Positions 1 to 18,156 are shown, numbered from the stretch's first letter. The stretch: 64,000 nt of DNA from the human T2T-CHM13v2.0 reference genome, Homo sapiens (GCF_009914755.1 NC_060925.1); one strand, 5' to 3'. The notes: generated by a model not told the origin, from the sequence alone. Numbers and translations: made by a program.

Positions 1-1443
1 CTGGGAGGCGGAGGTTGCAGTGAGCCAAGATCCTGCCACTGCACTCCAGTCTAGGCGATAGTGCCAGACCTTGTCTCAAAAGAGTAAGAAAACAGAATGA
101 GGAGTTATAAAACCCAAGTACAAATCTTATGATTCCAGGTCACTTGGTGAGACTGAAGCAGTCTCTACTTTGTTGTTGTCGTCTGTATAATGATGATCTT
201 CATCTACCTAAATCTATGAAATTCCTTTTTAAGCTGTGAGTTTCTTAGATTTCATAGTAGAGATGGTATACTCTATACTTGAATAAAATGTGGTGATTCA
301 CCTCTAGTGCATCTATAGAGTTTTTATATTTTACAGATACATTTTTGTTTGTCTTTTAAGTTTTGTTGATAAATTAAAAGAAAGGATACTCCTGTCTGCC
401 CGGGCTGGCCATGGACGAGGCGGGACTGAGTGTCCTGGGGTGAGTTAGCAGGGCACAGGTGTTTGAGATGGGGGACCCTTAATTTTAAACTGAATAGGAT
501 TCTTTTGGGTGTGGAATTAATCCTTTCTAGATGTGGAAGAGACCTAGAATGGGAAGAAGCTTTAGTATTGCCTGGAAAGCTTCCCTCAGAGTTTAGTTGC
601 TGGGACCCCACCCTAAGAACTTGCTTCAGCCTGTCGTCTCTCAGTACGTATCCATCACCCGGTCTGAGTAATGTTATCTCCCTGTGATCTCTCAAGTCAG
701 TCTGTTTCTCTCCATCTTCACTGCCACAGTTCAGCAGCATCTTCAGCTGGAGTACTGCAAAAGCCCCCTACATTTGTTTCCCATCTTGCTTCCATCCTCC
801 ATGTCAAAAATAATGCAAAGAGTTTATGCATAGGAGTTTAGACAAGGATGTGTTTACTCTAATTTTTCGGTTAAATTCTTAGCTCCTAAGTAAATAAAGT
901 TTCAAATTTTTCAGACGTGTACTTTTCTAATAATTGAATAGCTTCTCAAATGTGAAATGACATATAAAAAACATGATATTCAGTTGCAAACCAGAAATGC
1001 AGTTTTTTGTAGGTAGATGTTCTTGTAACACTTTTTAGAAAATGTAAAATATAAAAATAAAGAAAAAAAAGACCAAAAAAAAGAACATGTAAAATAAAGT
1101 AAATTTATTCACTCTATGCTCCCTTGTCTAGTTTAATTTGTAGTCATTTTTCAATTACTACTGTCCAAAGGCTAGTACTGGAAAAAAAATGATAGTGCAG
1201 GACTCTTGTCACTAATAGTCATGTCATTCCTAATAGTCATGTCATTAGGAGACATGTCACTGTTTATGGGTTTGCTGGAGGCAGTATTTGTGTCAATGGG
1301 TAAAACCTTGATCTTAGCCTCAGGGAAGTCCAGTTGTCATCATATAATGAGCTTTTTTTTTTCCCCCTTAAGAGAATTGAATCCCCTTGATATGCTTAAC
1401 TAAGCAGGATTTCAAGCTGTGTTACAACAAGTTTTCATTATAG

Positions 1444-1730
1444 GGCGGGTGCACTGGCTCATGCCTATAATTGTAGCACTTTAAGAAGCCAAGGTGGAGG
1501 ATTGCTTGAGCCAAGGAGTTTGTGACCAGCCTGGGCAACACAGGGAGACCTCATCTCTACAAAAAGTAAAATAATTAGCTGGGCATGGTGGCACGTGCCT
1601 GTAGTCCCAGCTACTTGGGAGGCTGAGGTGGGAGGATCACAGCAGCAGTGAGCTGCATGGTTGCACCACTGCACCCCAACTTGGAGACAGAGTGAGATCC
1701 TGTCTCAAAAAAAAAAAAAGAAAAAGAAAA
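1444..1730 (+). mobile_element. Alu (J-like)
   Basis: dimeric Alu with poly(A). Confidence 0.85.
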
Positions 1731-1859
1731 AATTTTTCACTGTAGTTAAAATGGCAAAGCTTTAGGTAAATATTATCCTAAAAACTAATGACCATTACTT
1801 ATTTATTATTATTTTTCACATTCTTACCTGGGGGGAGAAAAACAATGGAAATTAATGTG

Positions 1860-2740
1860 TTTTTTAAACAGTTTTATTAAGATGTAATTCATATACATGC
1901 AATTCACCTACTTAAAATATATAATTCACTGATTTTTGGTATACTCACAGGGATGTGTAACCATCAGCAGTCAATTTTAGTATGTTTTCTTCACCACACA
2001 AAGCAGCCACTTACATATTAGCACCCACTTCTTACTTCCACTTAGACATCCTAACCTGAGGCAGCCATTAATCTACTTACTTTTTCTATAGATTTGTCTA
2101 CTCTGAACATTGCATATTAGTGGAATCATACAATAGATGGTCTTTGACTGGCTTCTTTCATTTAACATGTTTTCATGGTTGACCCATTTTGTAGCATATA
2201 TCAGTACTTTGTTCCTTTTTGTGGTCAGATAATATTCTGTTGCATGGATAGACCGTATTTCATTTATACATCAGCTGAGGGATGTTTGGGTTCTTTCCAC
2301 TTTTTGACTATTCTATGGACATTGCTGTACAAGTTTTTGTAGAGACATGTGTTTTCATTTCTCTTCGTTATATATCTCTAGGAGTGGAATTGCTGGATCA
2401 TATGGTAACTTTATGCCAAACAGTTTTCCAAAGCAACTGCACCATTTTACAGTCCTGCCAGCACTGTATGAGGGTTACAGTTTCTCTCCATCTTCACCAA
2501 CACCTGTTAATATCTGACTATTTGATTATCTCCATGTAGTTTTAAAAAACTTGTAATTCGTATACCATAAAATTCAGCTTTTTAAAGGGTACAATTTAGT
2601 GGTTTTAGTATATTCACAAAGTTGTACAATTTAATTCCAGAACATTTTATCCTCCAGGAAGAAATCACGTACCCATTAGCAGTCACTCCTCATTCTTCCC
2701 TTCCCCAAGCGGTGGCTACCACTGTCCCATAAAGTTTGTA
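1860..2740 (-). mobile_element. L1M 3'-end fragments
   Basis: ggagtggaattgctggatcatatggtaact...gttttccaaagcaactgcaccattttac typical of L1 3' region. Confidence 0.75.
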
Positions 2741-3286
2741 TATTTGTATGAGACAAGTTTAGATGATGTGTTTTATGGTTGTCGTAACAACACTAGATAT
2801 TTACTCAGCGCTAGTCACCATAGTATCAAAGCATTTAACAAAACAGTTCAGCAAATGGCGGGAAGCCAGAAATAGGCAGCACATGGAAACTGGGAAGGGA
2901 AGACCTTTCTCAATTGACCTGCCACTATCAGTGCCCTGACTTGTTTCTCTGGAGGCCTTCACAGTGTGGCCAGCTGAAGGATGACAAGGAGGCTAGAACC
3001 TTAAAAAGCCTGAGTCAGGCTGGTGTAGTGAGAACAAAGACTTTGGATTTGAATCTTGGTTATTTGAGTCTCGGTTCTGCCTGTTCTTACCTATATGATC
3101 TTAGAAAAGGAGCTCATTTCCCTGAACCCCTTTTCTCATCTGTAAGGAAGGCTGATCCTACATGTCTTGCAGGATTGTCCTTAGAATGAATGACTCTGTA
3201 TGTAAAGCACTTTGTAAAGTACCCAGCATAAAACAGCTTCTTCTAAATGGTAGTTGTTGTGTTTATGTGTGTCACAAGATGGTATT

Positions 3287-3590
3287 TATTTATTTATTTA
3301 TTTAAGACAGGATTTTGTTCTGTCACCTAGGCTGGAGTGCAGTGGCGTGCTCGTGGCTCAAAAACATCCTCAAGTTCCCAGGCTCAGGTGATTCTCTCAC
3401 CTCAGCCTCCCAAGTAGCTGGGACTACAAGCGCATGCCGCTGCGCTCAGCTGAATTTTTTTTTTTTTTTTGTAGTGGCGGGTTTTTGTCATGTTGCCCAG
3501 GCTGGTCCTGAATTCCTAGGCTCAAGCCATCCACCAGCTTTGGCCCCCTAAAGTGCTAGGATTAGAGGCAGGAGCCACTGCACCAGCTAC
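3287..3590 (-). mobile_element. Alu (J-like)
   Basis: reverse Alu with (TTTA)n tail. Confidence 0.85.
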
Positions 3591-4512
3591 ACAAGATGAT
3601 TTCTGAGTGGCGTGACTGGGAGTACCATTAAGCAAAATTAAGAAATTAATTTGATTTGACTTTAAGTCCATTTTACTTCTTTTGTCAGTACTTTTTTTTA
3701 TTTCCTAGGAACTTTTTAATACTGTCTCTTTTCAGATGTACCTGTCCCTGCCCCATTCCCCTAATGTACATTCCTAAAAATATATTTCCAGTTCCATACT
3801 AGTTTAATGTCAGATGCAACCTGCTTTTTGGGATGTTAACTGATATCAAAAGTAATAACTAGTAATGCCATAAAATATGAATCCCCAAAGGCCTATTTGC
3901 ATTTTTATATATTGACTTCGGCTATAGTAGAACATTGATAGCTGGCCTCTAAATCAGCTTTATGGAGACAATTGGGTAATATCTGTACTGGCCAGAGTTG
4001 AGATCCCTGAGATTGGTGGGGACTGTGGTGAACAGGAGTCTACATCATGCCCTGCCTAAGTGCATTCAAATTTTTAAAATGTAAATGCCTGGCTAAGCCC
4101 CTGTAAGCAGAATGATAGGGACTGGGGTTGATGTTTTGTGATTGTAACCCATTCTACTCACTAGGTAGATAGACGGACAGTTTAACTCCCTTAGGAGTAC
4201 ATACCACACTTTCAGAATTCAGAAGTCCTGGTTTACCTTATTTCTGCTCCTAGTAGATGTTCCACCTCTTTTAAGTTAACATTTCTTTGGACAATGACAT
4301 GCAGAAACAGTAGCCTCTCATTTTACTCTTCCTTCTTTAAGGGATTGATCAATGAAGGCAGGCCATGTCTTTTCTGAAGGTCAGCTAGTAAGAATAGAAT
4401 AAAGAGTTCCTGATTTATATAGAGTCAAATAATTTCACAGTCAGAAGAGACTTCAAGGTCACTAGCCAAAACTGTCTTAGGAAAAAAAAAAAAAAGCCCC
4501 AATATTAAAAGT

Positions 4513-5054
4513 GTGTTAGTTTTCTATTGCTACTGGAACAAGTTATCACAAATTTACAAATCTAGTGGCTTTAAACACACGACAACACAAATTTATTATC
4601 TTACAGTTCTGTAGATGAAGAATCTGACATGGTTCCTACTGGGCTAACATCAAGGTGTTAGCAGGGCTGTGTCCCTTTCTGGATGCTCCCTGGGAGAATC
4701 TGTTTCCTTGCCTTTTCCGGATTCTAGAGGCTTCCCACATTCCCCAGCTTCTGTTACCCTTCCTCCATCTTCAAGGCCAGCAGTGGCTTTGAAGTGAGCT
4801 CAAGTCCTCACATTGCATCACTTTGACCAGCTGACACTTCTGCCTCTCTCTTCCACGTTTAAGGTCCCTTGTGATTACACTGGGTCCACCCATATATTGC
4901 AGGATAATCTCCCTTTTTAAAGATCAGCTGGGCTGGGCGCAATGGCTCACACCTGTAATCCCAACACTTTGGGAGGCTAAAGCGAGCAGCATATTTATAA
5001 GTTCTGGGTATGGGGACATGGGCATCTTTGGGAGCTGTTATTCTGCCTACCACA
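4513..5054 (-). mobile_element. MLT1 (MaLR) LTR interrupted by an Alu fragment at about 4931-4980
   Basis: tgtgttagttttctattgct...aaatttattatcttacagttct...attctgcctaccaca. Confidence 0.7.
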
Positions 5055-5159
5055 AAAAGATTTTAATATAGACTAGATGATAACTTTACATAACAGAATA
5101 ATTCTTCACTTTATAAAAGTTTTTCTGACATTATTTTGTAGACCCGTACAGGATTACAT

Positions 5160-6120
5160 AGTCAATAGATATTTATTGAGCATTGTTGCTGGGCACTATA
5201 AAACTGCTGGTGCACCTCCCTTTCAGTTTTGTATGCTCAAGTGAGGGAGCCACGTAACTAACAAGTGCAGTCTAGCAAGACGGGAGTCATAAGTAAGCAC
5301 ATGGTCGTGGAGGTAACCTGTCCTGGAGAGTTAGAGAAGGTTGTCAGGAGGAGTTGGTATCTAAGCTGAGTTAGGACAAATAGGTGCTAGTGAAGTAAAA
5401 GCAATGCGGACAAAGAGGAGAGGAAGGACGTCAGAGATGGCAGGCGTACCATGGGCTAGAGCTCACAAGACAAGAAGAGAGCATCCTACATTTCAGTATC
5501 TGCTAATATTCCTGCTTGAGCAGAATAAAAGAAAAGAGTGAATCAAGGGGAAATAGTAGAGAGTAGAGCAGTAGAGAGATGGAGGCTTAGAAGATTAGCA
5601 AAGTCCAGCTTATAAATTGTTTTTAACATGACCAGTTTGGGCCTTAACAACAGGTTTGAATAAGGGAATTGCATTTTTTAGAAGATTCCTCAGTCTGCAG
5701 TGTGGAGAATTGGTTGGAGCAATGGAAGATTAGAAGTAATACAGAGTTAAGGGGTTTTACAGTAACATCTGCCAGAGATGCTGGTGATCTGTAATGAGAG
5801 AGTAGCTGTACGGCTGGAGAGAAGTAAGTGAATTCAGAGTTACTAAGGAGGTGGAATTAACAGGACTGGATCATTAATTAGATATGAAAAAAAGAGTCCA
5901 GGATAATCTAATTCTCAGTTATCTGGTTTAAGCACCAGGATGCTTGATAATGCCATTTATTGATTTATTGAGCATAGGAATACAGGGAGAGAAAGAGCAA
6001 GTTTGGAGAGAAGAGAGTAGAAGACAGTGTTGTGCTTTTGGGTCAGGTGTCTGGGGTGTCGTAGACGTCTGAGTAGACCTGTTAAACAGGCTTCTGGTCT
6101 TGGCTAGAGATACAGATTTG
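5160..6120. mobile_element. Degenerate L2 fragment
   Basis: tatttattgagca... start and purine-rich L2-like body. Confidence 0.5.
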
Positions 6121-6327
6121 GGAGAGTTGCTAGAGAGGGCCTTAAAAGTGACCTAGTCTAACTTCTTAGATTTTACATGTGAGGAAGTTAAAGATTTAAT
6201 TGAGAGAATACATTGTTCATTTTTGCAGGAGACAGAATAAGAATTAGGATGTGAATCTAGGGCTCCTAATGAGCTAGAATGTGTTTTCTATGCATCAGAG
6301 GCCTACTTCTCCCACCAAACAATGAGA

Positions 6328-7130
<803 letters not shown>

Positions 7131-7534
7131 AAAATTATTGCAAGGGTGTATAGTCTGCTTCTAGAACTGACACACATTCACTGTGTGTGTGTGGAATGGA
7201 ATGGAGAGAGCAGTTTGGAAGATGGTAGGAGATGAGTTTTGAAGTATTACCTCTTGGATATTCTGAATGCTAATGAGAGAAAACCCTTTAGTGGAAAGCT
7301 TAGTTAAGGGTTGATAGTTGGGAGTAACACACCACCTACTTATAAGAGGACCCTAAACTGATGGTTAGAATGATAGAAATGCATTCCCTGCTGTTATCTA
7401 GCTCTTTCCAACAGACTGCACCATTTCCAGGAGTGTTGGGAAAGGTGTTTGTTACAATTGAAAGTACAAACGTCAGAGGAAGGGATCAACAAAATATAAT
7501 AAAAAAGCAGAAAATTGAAGAATTGTGCATGGTC

Positions 7535-8035
7535 TGTGCATTAGCTATCTCTTGCAGCGTAACAAAACTTAGCAGCTGAAAACAGCAAACATGTATCATC
7601 TCGTGGTTTTTGTGGGTCAGAATCTGTGTGTGGCTTAGCTTGGAGCTTCTGACTTAAGTCTCTTATGAGGTTGCAGTCAAGGGTTGGCCAGGGCTATAGT
7701 CATCTCAAGGTTTGATAGAGGTTGGATAATCTGCTTCCAAGGTCACATGGTTCTTGGCAGGCTTCAGACCCTCGCCACATGGCCCACTCCACAGGGCTGC
7801 CTTACACCATGACAGCTGGCTTCCTCCAGGGCTAGCAGTCAAAGAGAGAGAGCACTCAACCTGGAAGTCATACTTTTTTAATGACCTAATTTTGGAAGTG
7901 ATATTCCATCACTTCTGCATATTCCTTTCATTAGAAGCAGGTTACTGGGTCCAACTTGTACTTATGGGAGGAGGTTGTAAAAGGGCACAAATACCAAGAG
8001 GCAGGAATCACGGGGGCCCATCTTAAAGGATGCCA
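7535..8035 (-). mobile_element. Old MLT1-type LTR
   Basis: tgtgcattagctatct...aaacttagcagctgaaaaca...gtgggtcaggaatct motifs. Confidence 0.6.
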
Positions 8036-9246
8036 GGAGAAAGTCGGTGCCTCAGATTGTGGCAAGGACCCCGTGAGAATGTAATGGCAATTCTATTCAC
8101 AGTTCCTTTTTTCCCTCTGAACACCTTTCCTGAGATTGCAGGTGGAACCCAGGATATATGATGGTACAGACAGCCCAGTTAGATAGTTTTCTTTTTGTCT
8201 AGTTTTTTTTTTTATGATTTCAGTCGTGCTGTTAAAATGCAGTATCTATGCAGAGAGAAGGTGAAAAAGAAAAGAATTACAATCAATCAAACCTTTCAAA
8301 TTCTGTCCCAAAAAACAGCATTCTCCAAGTCTCAGTAATGAGTTAGGTATTTTTTAAGTAATGTGATATTTTATGTGAAGAAAAATTAAGAAATCAAAAC
8401 TAAGAAATTAAGAGATTTACCTCCAGATGCATGGGAGTATTTATGCAGTTACATACATATTAACCTAGATGAATGAAGACTTTTTAAAAGTTTTTAGATA
8501 TAAGCATATAGGCTATATTTTAAAATACGGTATTTTATTACTGATTTTATAGGACTCAGATTAGTGGAAGCTTAGGTGGGAGTTTAGGGACTCTTGGCTT
8601 CTCAGTTCTTTACTGTGAAAGTCAAACTTTCCAATATTTAATCGTTTTCTAAATAGTCACCTTTTGCTTTTCTGTTTACTCCTTTTGTTTTTACTGGATC
8701 ACGATCTCTACAAAGAGTGACTGTTTTGTCTTCATTTGTTTAAAATAATGGTTTCTAGGCATCACTGATAGGGTGAGAACTACAATTAAGAGTTTTTTGT
8801 TGTCTTGTTTTTTTAAACAAAGTTATATGCGCCTGCCGCTTAGTTTGTAAAAGGCACACAAGTGAACATTTGGAAATGTAGTCACACAAATGAAAAGCAG
8901 GTAGAGGTTATATGCATGCTATTTAGCAATGAAAATAAATAAAATCCTAATACATGGTGTAACATGGATGAATCTTGAAAAGGTGCTAAGTGAAAGAGGT
9001 CATATGTGTGAAATGTCCAGAATAGGCAAATCTATATGGACAGCAAGTAGATGAGTTGGCTGCCTAGAGCTAGGGAGGCAGTAGGGGGATGGGGTGACAG
9101 CTAAAGGATGTGGGATTTCTCTTTGGGGTAATAAACGTTCCAAAATGTAACATGGTGATGGTTGTACAACACAGTATACTGAAGTAAAGCCATTGAATTA
9201 TGTGTTATGAGAATTATATCTCAGTAAAGCCGTTAAAAGAAAAAAA

Positions 9247-9640
<394 letters not shown>

Positions 9641-9853
9641 TTAAAAACTACTAGTGTAATGGAAATTGATGTAACAATTTTCTGTAAACTATAATAAAAT
9701 GCCATTAAATGTGTTTCTCTGTGCGTTTGTTTTGATCTATTGAAAGTTCAGGGTTAACCCCTGGGCTTCTAATGCTTCCGTTCTTATATGATTTCATTAA
9801 TTGCAAAGAGAATCTCTGATGTTAGTAGCTTTTAGAGAATTATGGAATATTAA

Positions 9854-10270
<417 letters not shown>

Positions 10271-10953
10271 CATTATTTTTGTTTTGAATTTAAATACATG
10301 CCTTTATATTTGTTAGAGAAACAAAATATGTTTATTTTCAGACATACGAGAAAATCATATACTTGTAAGAAAATCATATACTTTCTTATAAGGTCATGTA
10401 AATTTTGAGAATTCTGATAGTTGATGAATTCAGTGTGCTTGGAATGAACAGGGAAAATATGGTAAAATTTAGCCATTTTGATATTAGCAAAGTCAGTGTA
10501 CTTCCAATGGATAAACAATGAATTTAATCGGATTTGAAAAATCCAAAATATGGTGCTTGAGTTGTTTGTGGACCTGGATAAGTAGTTTTAAGAATTTGGC
10601 TAGGCACGGTGACTCACACTTATAATCCCAGCATTTTGGGAGGCCAAAGCAAGGGAGTCGCTTCAGTCCATGAGTTAAAGAACAGCCTGGGCCGGGCGCG
10701 GTGGCTCACGCCTGCAAGGCTCTAATATCAGTTGGAACCCCGGGAGCGCGCCAACAGACAGCACAAGGCGGTGTGGAGCATCACGCTGTTTTAATGCGCG
10801 CCTGGGTGCAGACGGGCTGAGGCCTAAAATGGCGTCAGCGCCACGTGAGGACGGGGCAGGGGTTTTACAGTCTCCTGTAAACAGGAAGTGTCCCTGTCTG
10901 ATGTAACGGCTACGTGGTACCTGGATGGCCTCTCTGTCTATCCTCGGTGGTGG

Positions 10954-11090
10954 GTGTCTTCCGGCCGGGGTGCGTGTCTTCCGGCCGGGGTAGGTGTCTT
11001 CCGGCCGGGGTAGGTGTCTTCCGGCCGGGGTGCGTGTCTTCCGGCCGGGGTAGGTGTCTTCCGGCCGGGGTGCGTGTCTTCCGGCCGGCC
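10954..11090. repeat. 7 x 20-bp tandem repeat GTGTCTTCCGGCCGGGG(TAG/TGC) inside the 3' LTR of provirus A
   Basis: units start every 20 nt from 10954 to 11074. Confidence 0.95.
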
Positions 11091-11217
11091 CTCTTCCTGC
11101 TTCTGCTTCTCGCTGACGCGCGCTGCTGGTGCAAGTGGCCTTGCGCCTTGGGACTGGGTCTGAGGAGGGAGGAGTTATTCATCCCCCCAAGCTTTCGGCC
11201 CCGGGGAGAATCTTTCA

Positions 11218-12683
11218 TTCCTGTCTATTTGGTTATAGAAAAAGGGAAAAGGGGCGACTTTCTCCATAACTACTTCAGGTGTGACATAGGGGGTGGCGTG
11301 GGCACCTCGGAAAAAAAGAAAAATTTTTGGCGTATTCTTGAGAGACGGGTTGGTATCCATCGTGTCGTTGTAGCAGGAGCATCGTCTGGATTGTCTGGCG
11401 GTTAACTGTAGTTTCAACAAGAGTTTTAATGGCTTTTATTATCAGTGGGATACCACAGGGGAGAAACAGGAGGACCCCAATGATGAAGATTACTGTCCCT
11501 ACCAGCGTTTTAAATCCCCCTAAATTAGAGAACCACCCTCCTAGAAGGTTTGTTGGGTCCCATCCCTTCCAGGTTTGGACTGGTACACGGGCTACTTTTC
11601 TGATGTTTGAAGCGATTTCTAGAACCGCTTTTCCATTATCATCTATGTTAAGACAGCAATTGGAGATGTTAAACTTAGCACAGACCGCACCCTCTTCTGT
11701 TAATAAGTAGTCTAGAGCCAGCCTGTTTTGATAAATTGCTGGGTGCGTTTGGTTTTGTTGTCACACGAGCATTTCCAGGGCTGAGGCGGTTTGGTTAGTG
11801 ATTATCTCTAGAGCAGCCTTTAGTCTAATTATTCTGTTTAGCATATATGTGGGAGTGCGATAACCCCGTGAACCATCCTCAGCCCAGGTGGCAGGACCGT
11901 AATATTCGATGATCCATTGCGGAGGCCACTCGTCCTCTCACGGTCTTTGGCTTCCTCCTGCCTTTAAGGACCGTTTTTCTCTGGTTATCATACGCAGGGA
12001 CTCCGAGGGTGTTGCCCGCCTGCTTTGGAAGTAAGATGAATCCAGGTTGAATTGTGCGTAGGAAGCTAGTGCTAAGGTAGCCGTGAGCAAGCCTGGGTTC
12101 CCCATATCCAAAGGAATCCATCGGGGCAGTCCATCGTCAGCTGGTGTTCCTAGGATTGTCGCATAGTGCACTTAGGCAGGGGTATGTGGCAGAAGAGTTG
12201 GTGTTTGTACAGTTCCAGGCCTTTTTTGACAAGACACAATTGAGGTAGCTGAAGTTAGAGGGAGACCAGGCTCCGGGGGGTAACCTTGGCCACCACTCGG
12301 CTGTGGAGGCGTTGACTGTTAGGGTTTGGTGACGGGCTTTCACCTGCGGCACGATGGGTTTTATCAGTCCACTTGCGGGATATGCACGCCGTCCCTCTTA
12401 CTGGGTTGGTAAGTGTCCAGGTCGACGGGCGTTCCTGAGAATTCAAAGTGAGGCTGGGGTTTTGAAATGCTAGTAATTAAGGGGGAAGGTCTATCCCATG
12501 CCACGGCCACTGTTCACTCCTGCGGGCTCCCCCGCATACCCAGCAATTGGACACATTCGTGGTAAGCGCGATGCCCTCTCCTAGATCTACAAACCGGTTT
12601 TTTCCTGGCTAGGGAGGGGATACGTCTTCTTATGGTTTTTGTATAAAGGGATGGAAGTACCACGGGTGATTTTCGGGGGAGTT
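11218..12683 (-). pseudogene. env: ERV env remnant of provirus A (C-terminal SU+TM)
   Basis: near-identical to 41126-42590; matching ORF fragments in the track. Confidence 0.9.
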
Positions 12684-13047
12684 AACCCCGGGAGCGCGCC
12701 AACAGACAGCACAAGGCAGTGTGGAGCCTCACGCTGTTTAAAGAGCGCCTGGGTGCAGACGGGCTGAGGCCTGAGATGGCGTCAGCCCCACGTGAGGACC
12801 GGGCAGGGGTTTTACAGTCTCCTGTAAACAGGAAGTGTCCCTGTCTGACGTCACTGCTACGTGGTACCCGGATGGCCTCTCTCTCGATCCTCAGGAGTAT
12901 ATGTCTTCTGGCCAGCCCTCTTCCTGCTTCGGCTACCTTGGTGACACATGCTGCTGGCGCAAGTGTGCTTTGGGACTGGGCCTGAGAAGGGAGGAGTTAT
13001 TCATCCCCCCAAGCTTTCAGGCCCCGGGGAGAATCTTTCAACGCTTA

Positions 13048-13373
<326 letters not shown>

Positions 13374-14515
13374 CTACAAAAAAAACAAATAAATAAATAA
13401 TAAATAAATAATTTAAATTAGCTGGGCATGGTGGCATGTGCCTGAGGTCCCATTGACTCAAGAGGCTGAGGTAGGAGGATCATCACTAGACCCCATGAGT
13501 TCGAGTTTGTATGATCCTGCCACTGTACTGTAGCCTGGGCAACAGAGACCCTGTCTTTAACGTTTTTTTAAAAAAGAAGAGGTTTAAGAATTAGCATCAC
13601 AAATTGCATGCTTGGGCAAATGTCTTACACAGTTTTAGTTTTTAATAAAACGTGTTAAAGTGTAAAATGTCTAATCAAACTTCTGAGAGGAAAAGTAGAG
13701 AATCCAAACATTAATGCTTATTGACATGTTCTACATAATTTAGATGCTAAATCCCAGAAATATTTATGTGTACTGATTGTGCCTTGATTAGAAAGCCTGA
13801 AGCAGGCTCTAGACAGTGGTGGAGCTTGCGGGAGTCACATAAATGCTGTGTGATCAACAGGATTTAAGCCCGTGGGTTACCTGCTTTTACAACCTAAGCA
13901 CCAAGGGATGGGGAGCCTTGGCCGTTAGCAGCCTAAGGAAGCTCTTGTTCCCACGCATTTTTCAAATTCCACTGGAGTTTCATGAGGTTCGTTTTAAGAC
14001 TGCCACCTGAAATCAAGTCCAGTGGCTGTTCCTGTCTTCCCGTCCCTGTATTGACATTAAAACCACTTAGTCAACACTCAAGTGCAAGAATAGTGTCGCC
14101 ATGTTGTATGCCTAGTAAATTCTGGATGTACGTTGTACGTCACCTTATTTAACCTTTTGCCATTAGTTTACAAGAAGACGGGTTGAGCGAGTCAGGTTGC
14201 TTACTTTAGGTTAACAGGGCAGCTGGACTCCAGCCTAAGCTCTTCAGTGAAGCCCTGCATCACTCCCTCTGCAGGCAAAGGGTGCAACCCGGGGGTGTGG
14301 GAGGGAGCATGGCACACTCAGCACGTGGTAATTATGTCATAATCACATAATACATTCTTTTGGCCCGAGGTCAGGTCAGAAGGAAGTTGACTAATTTCCA
14401 GATTTATTTCAGTCATAATACCCGTGTCTAGTGTTGAGGAAAAGGAAGGGATGTTTCCTGTTTGCTGCTTCGGTATGGTTAGCCAATGACTGGAGGTATT
14501 TAAAAGGTGAGCACT

Positions 14516-15541
<1,026 letters not shown>

Positions 15542-16904
15542 TTATATTTTCTGTCTTTTTTATTGATATTCTCATTTTTTCCTACATTGTCTTCCTGATT
15601 TCCTTTAGTTCTTCATCTATGGTTTCTTTTAAGACAGTTGATTTAAATTCTTTGCCCAGGAAATTCAATGTCTCGGCTTCTTCCGGGATGTTTTCTGTCT
15701 ATGTATTTCTTTCACCAGAATGGGCCACACTGTACTGTTTTTTTGATATGCTTGGTGATTTCTTTGTATTGAAAACCGGACATTGGTGTATTATGATGTG
15801 GTAACTCTGGAAATTAGGGTCTCGCCTTTGTTCAGGGTTGGCTGTTCTTGATTGCTGAAGCCTTAGCTTGTGTTTCTTTTCCAGTCTTTCAGATTGGCTC
15901 TGTGCTCAGGTACTCCTTTAACACTTAGCCAGGTCATCTATAATTCTGCCCCAGCCTTCACTTCTGCTTGCACTAAGTTGATGGGTCTTCTCTGGCCCTT
16001 TCTAAGCGTGCGTCGTGTCCTGAGCTGTCGCGTGTAGCTTTCTGAATTCTACAGTACCACAAACATTTTTGAATGCTCTGATTTCCCAAGGAAGCGATCT
16101 TCCTGGCTTTTCCCCCTGGCTTTAGATTGTCTAGTTTATGCCTCAACCGTATTTTTTTTGCACCCCTCCGCCCGCTTGGCCGTGGGTTTTTGATCACCTG
16201 ACAATATTTTCCAGCAACACCTGCTGCTTTTCTGCTCTGAACGTGTTCTGAGTTTTGCAACAGAGAGGCAAGTGCCTTGTTTCAGTCTTTGGGTAGCCCC
16301 AGACAGATTAGAACAAACACAGTGATTTGCAAGTAAGATCTGCTCTGCTCCCTTCAAAAGCAAGTACTGGGGTGCCACACTGGGAATGAGGGCTGCTGTT
16401 GAGCTGGGGAAAGGGGTGAGGTAAGGGCAAGTAAAAACACCCAAAGCTTTGCTACTCTTTTGACATTGCCTTTCTCTTGATTCGGTGGTCACTGTCTTGT
16501 TCAGGCATACCTTTGTTTTCCACAGTTCTAAGAAAGTTACATCTTATAGTTCTGGATGTTGTTTTTTTTTAAAATATTTCTGTGAAAGCCTCAGAGTTTG
16601 AAGCTGCCTGTTCTGTCATTTTGCTTATGACACTCAAGGCCTTTTCATTTTAGGGCTTCCAGTAGCAAGAACTGTGCCCAGAGGGATGGAATTAGATCGA
16701 ACTGCTCTGAAAGAGTACTACTATTTCATATTTTTATACAAAAGCATATTTTAGATAAGGATGTCATTGATTTAGAAACTCAAACCAATTAATCTTTGGG
16801 AAGTAATATTATCTCTGTTTTAGAGATGGAAAAAAAACAGCACAGATATTGAAGTCTCAAGACACTGGTTGAGATAGAGTTAAAATAATAGAGCTTTAGG
16901 AAAA

Positions 16905-17800
<896 letters not shown>

Positions 17801-17859
17801 AAAAATAGCCCCCCAAAATCATAACAGGTCAGGCGCAGTGGTTCGATCCAATAATCCTA

Positions 17860-18156
<297 letters not shown>

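Larger units (their letters stand above)
10713..13040 (-). mobile_element. Deleted class I ERV provirus A (HERV-F group, LTR46/HERV-Fc-like): truncated 5' LTR + env remnant + 3' LTR
   Basis: TG...CA ends; TSD ACGCC (10708-10712)/ACGCT (13041-13045) inside an Alu; 3' LTR 10713-11217, env 11218-12683, 5' LTR about 12684-13040 missing its U5 end; homologous to provirus B. Confidence 0.88.

Noticed and set aside
1206-1260. Short duplication ctaatagtcatgtcatt x2
   Set aside because: Ordinary local slippage duplication with no evidence of function
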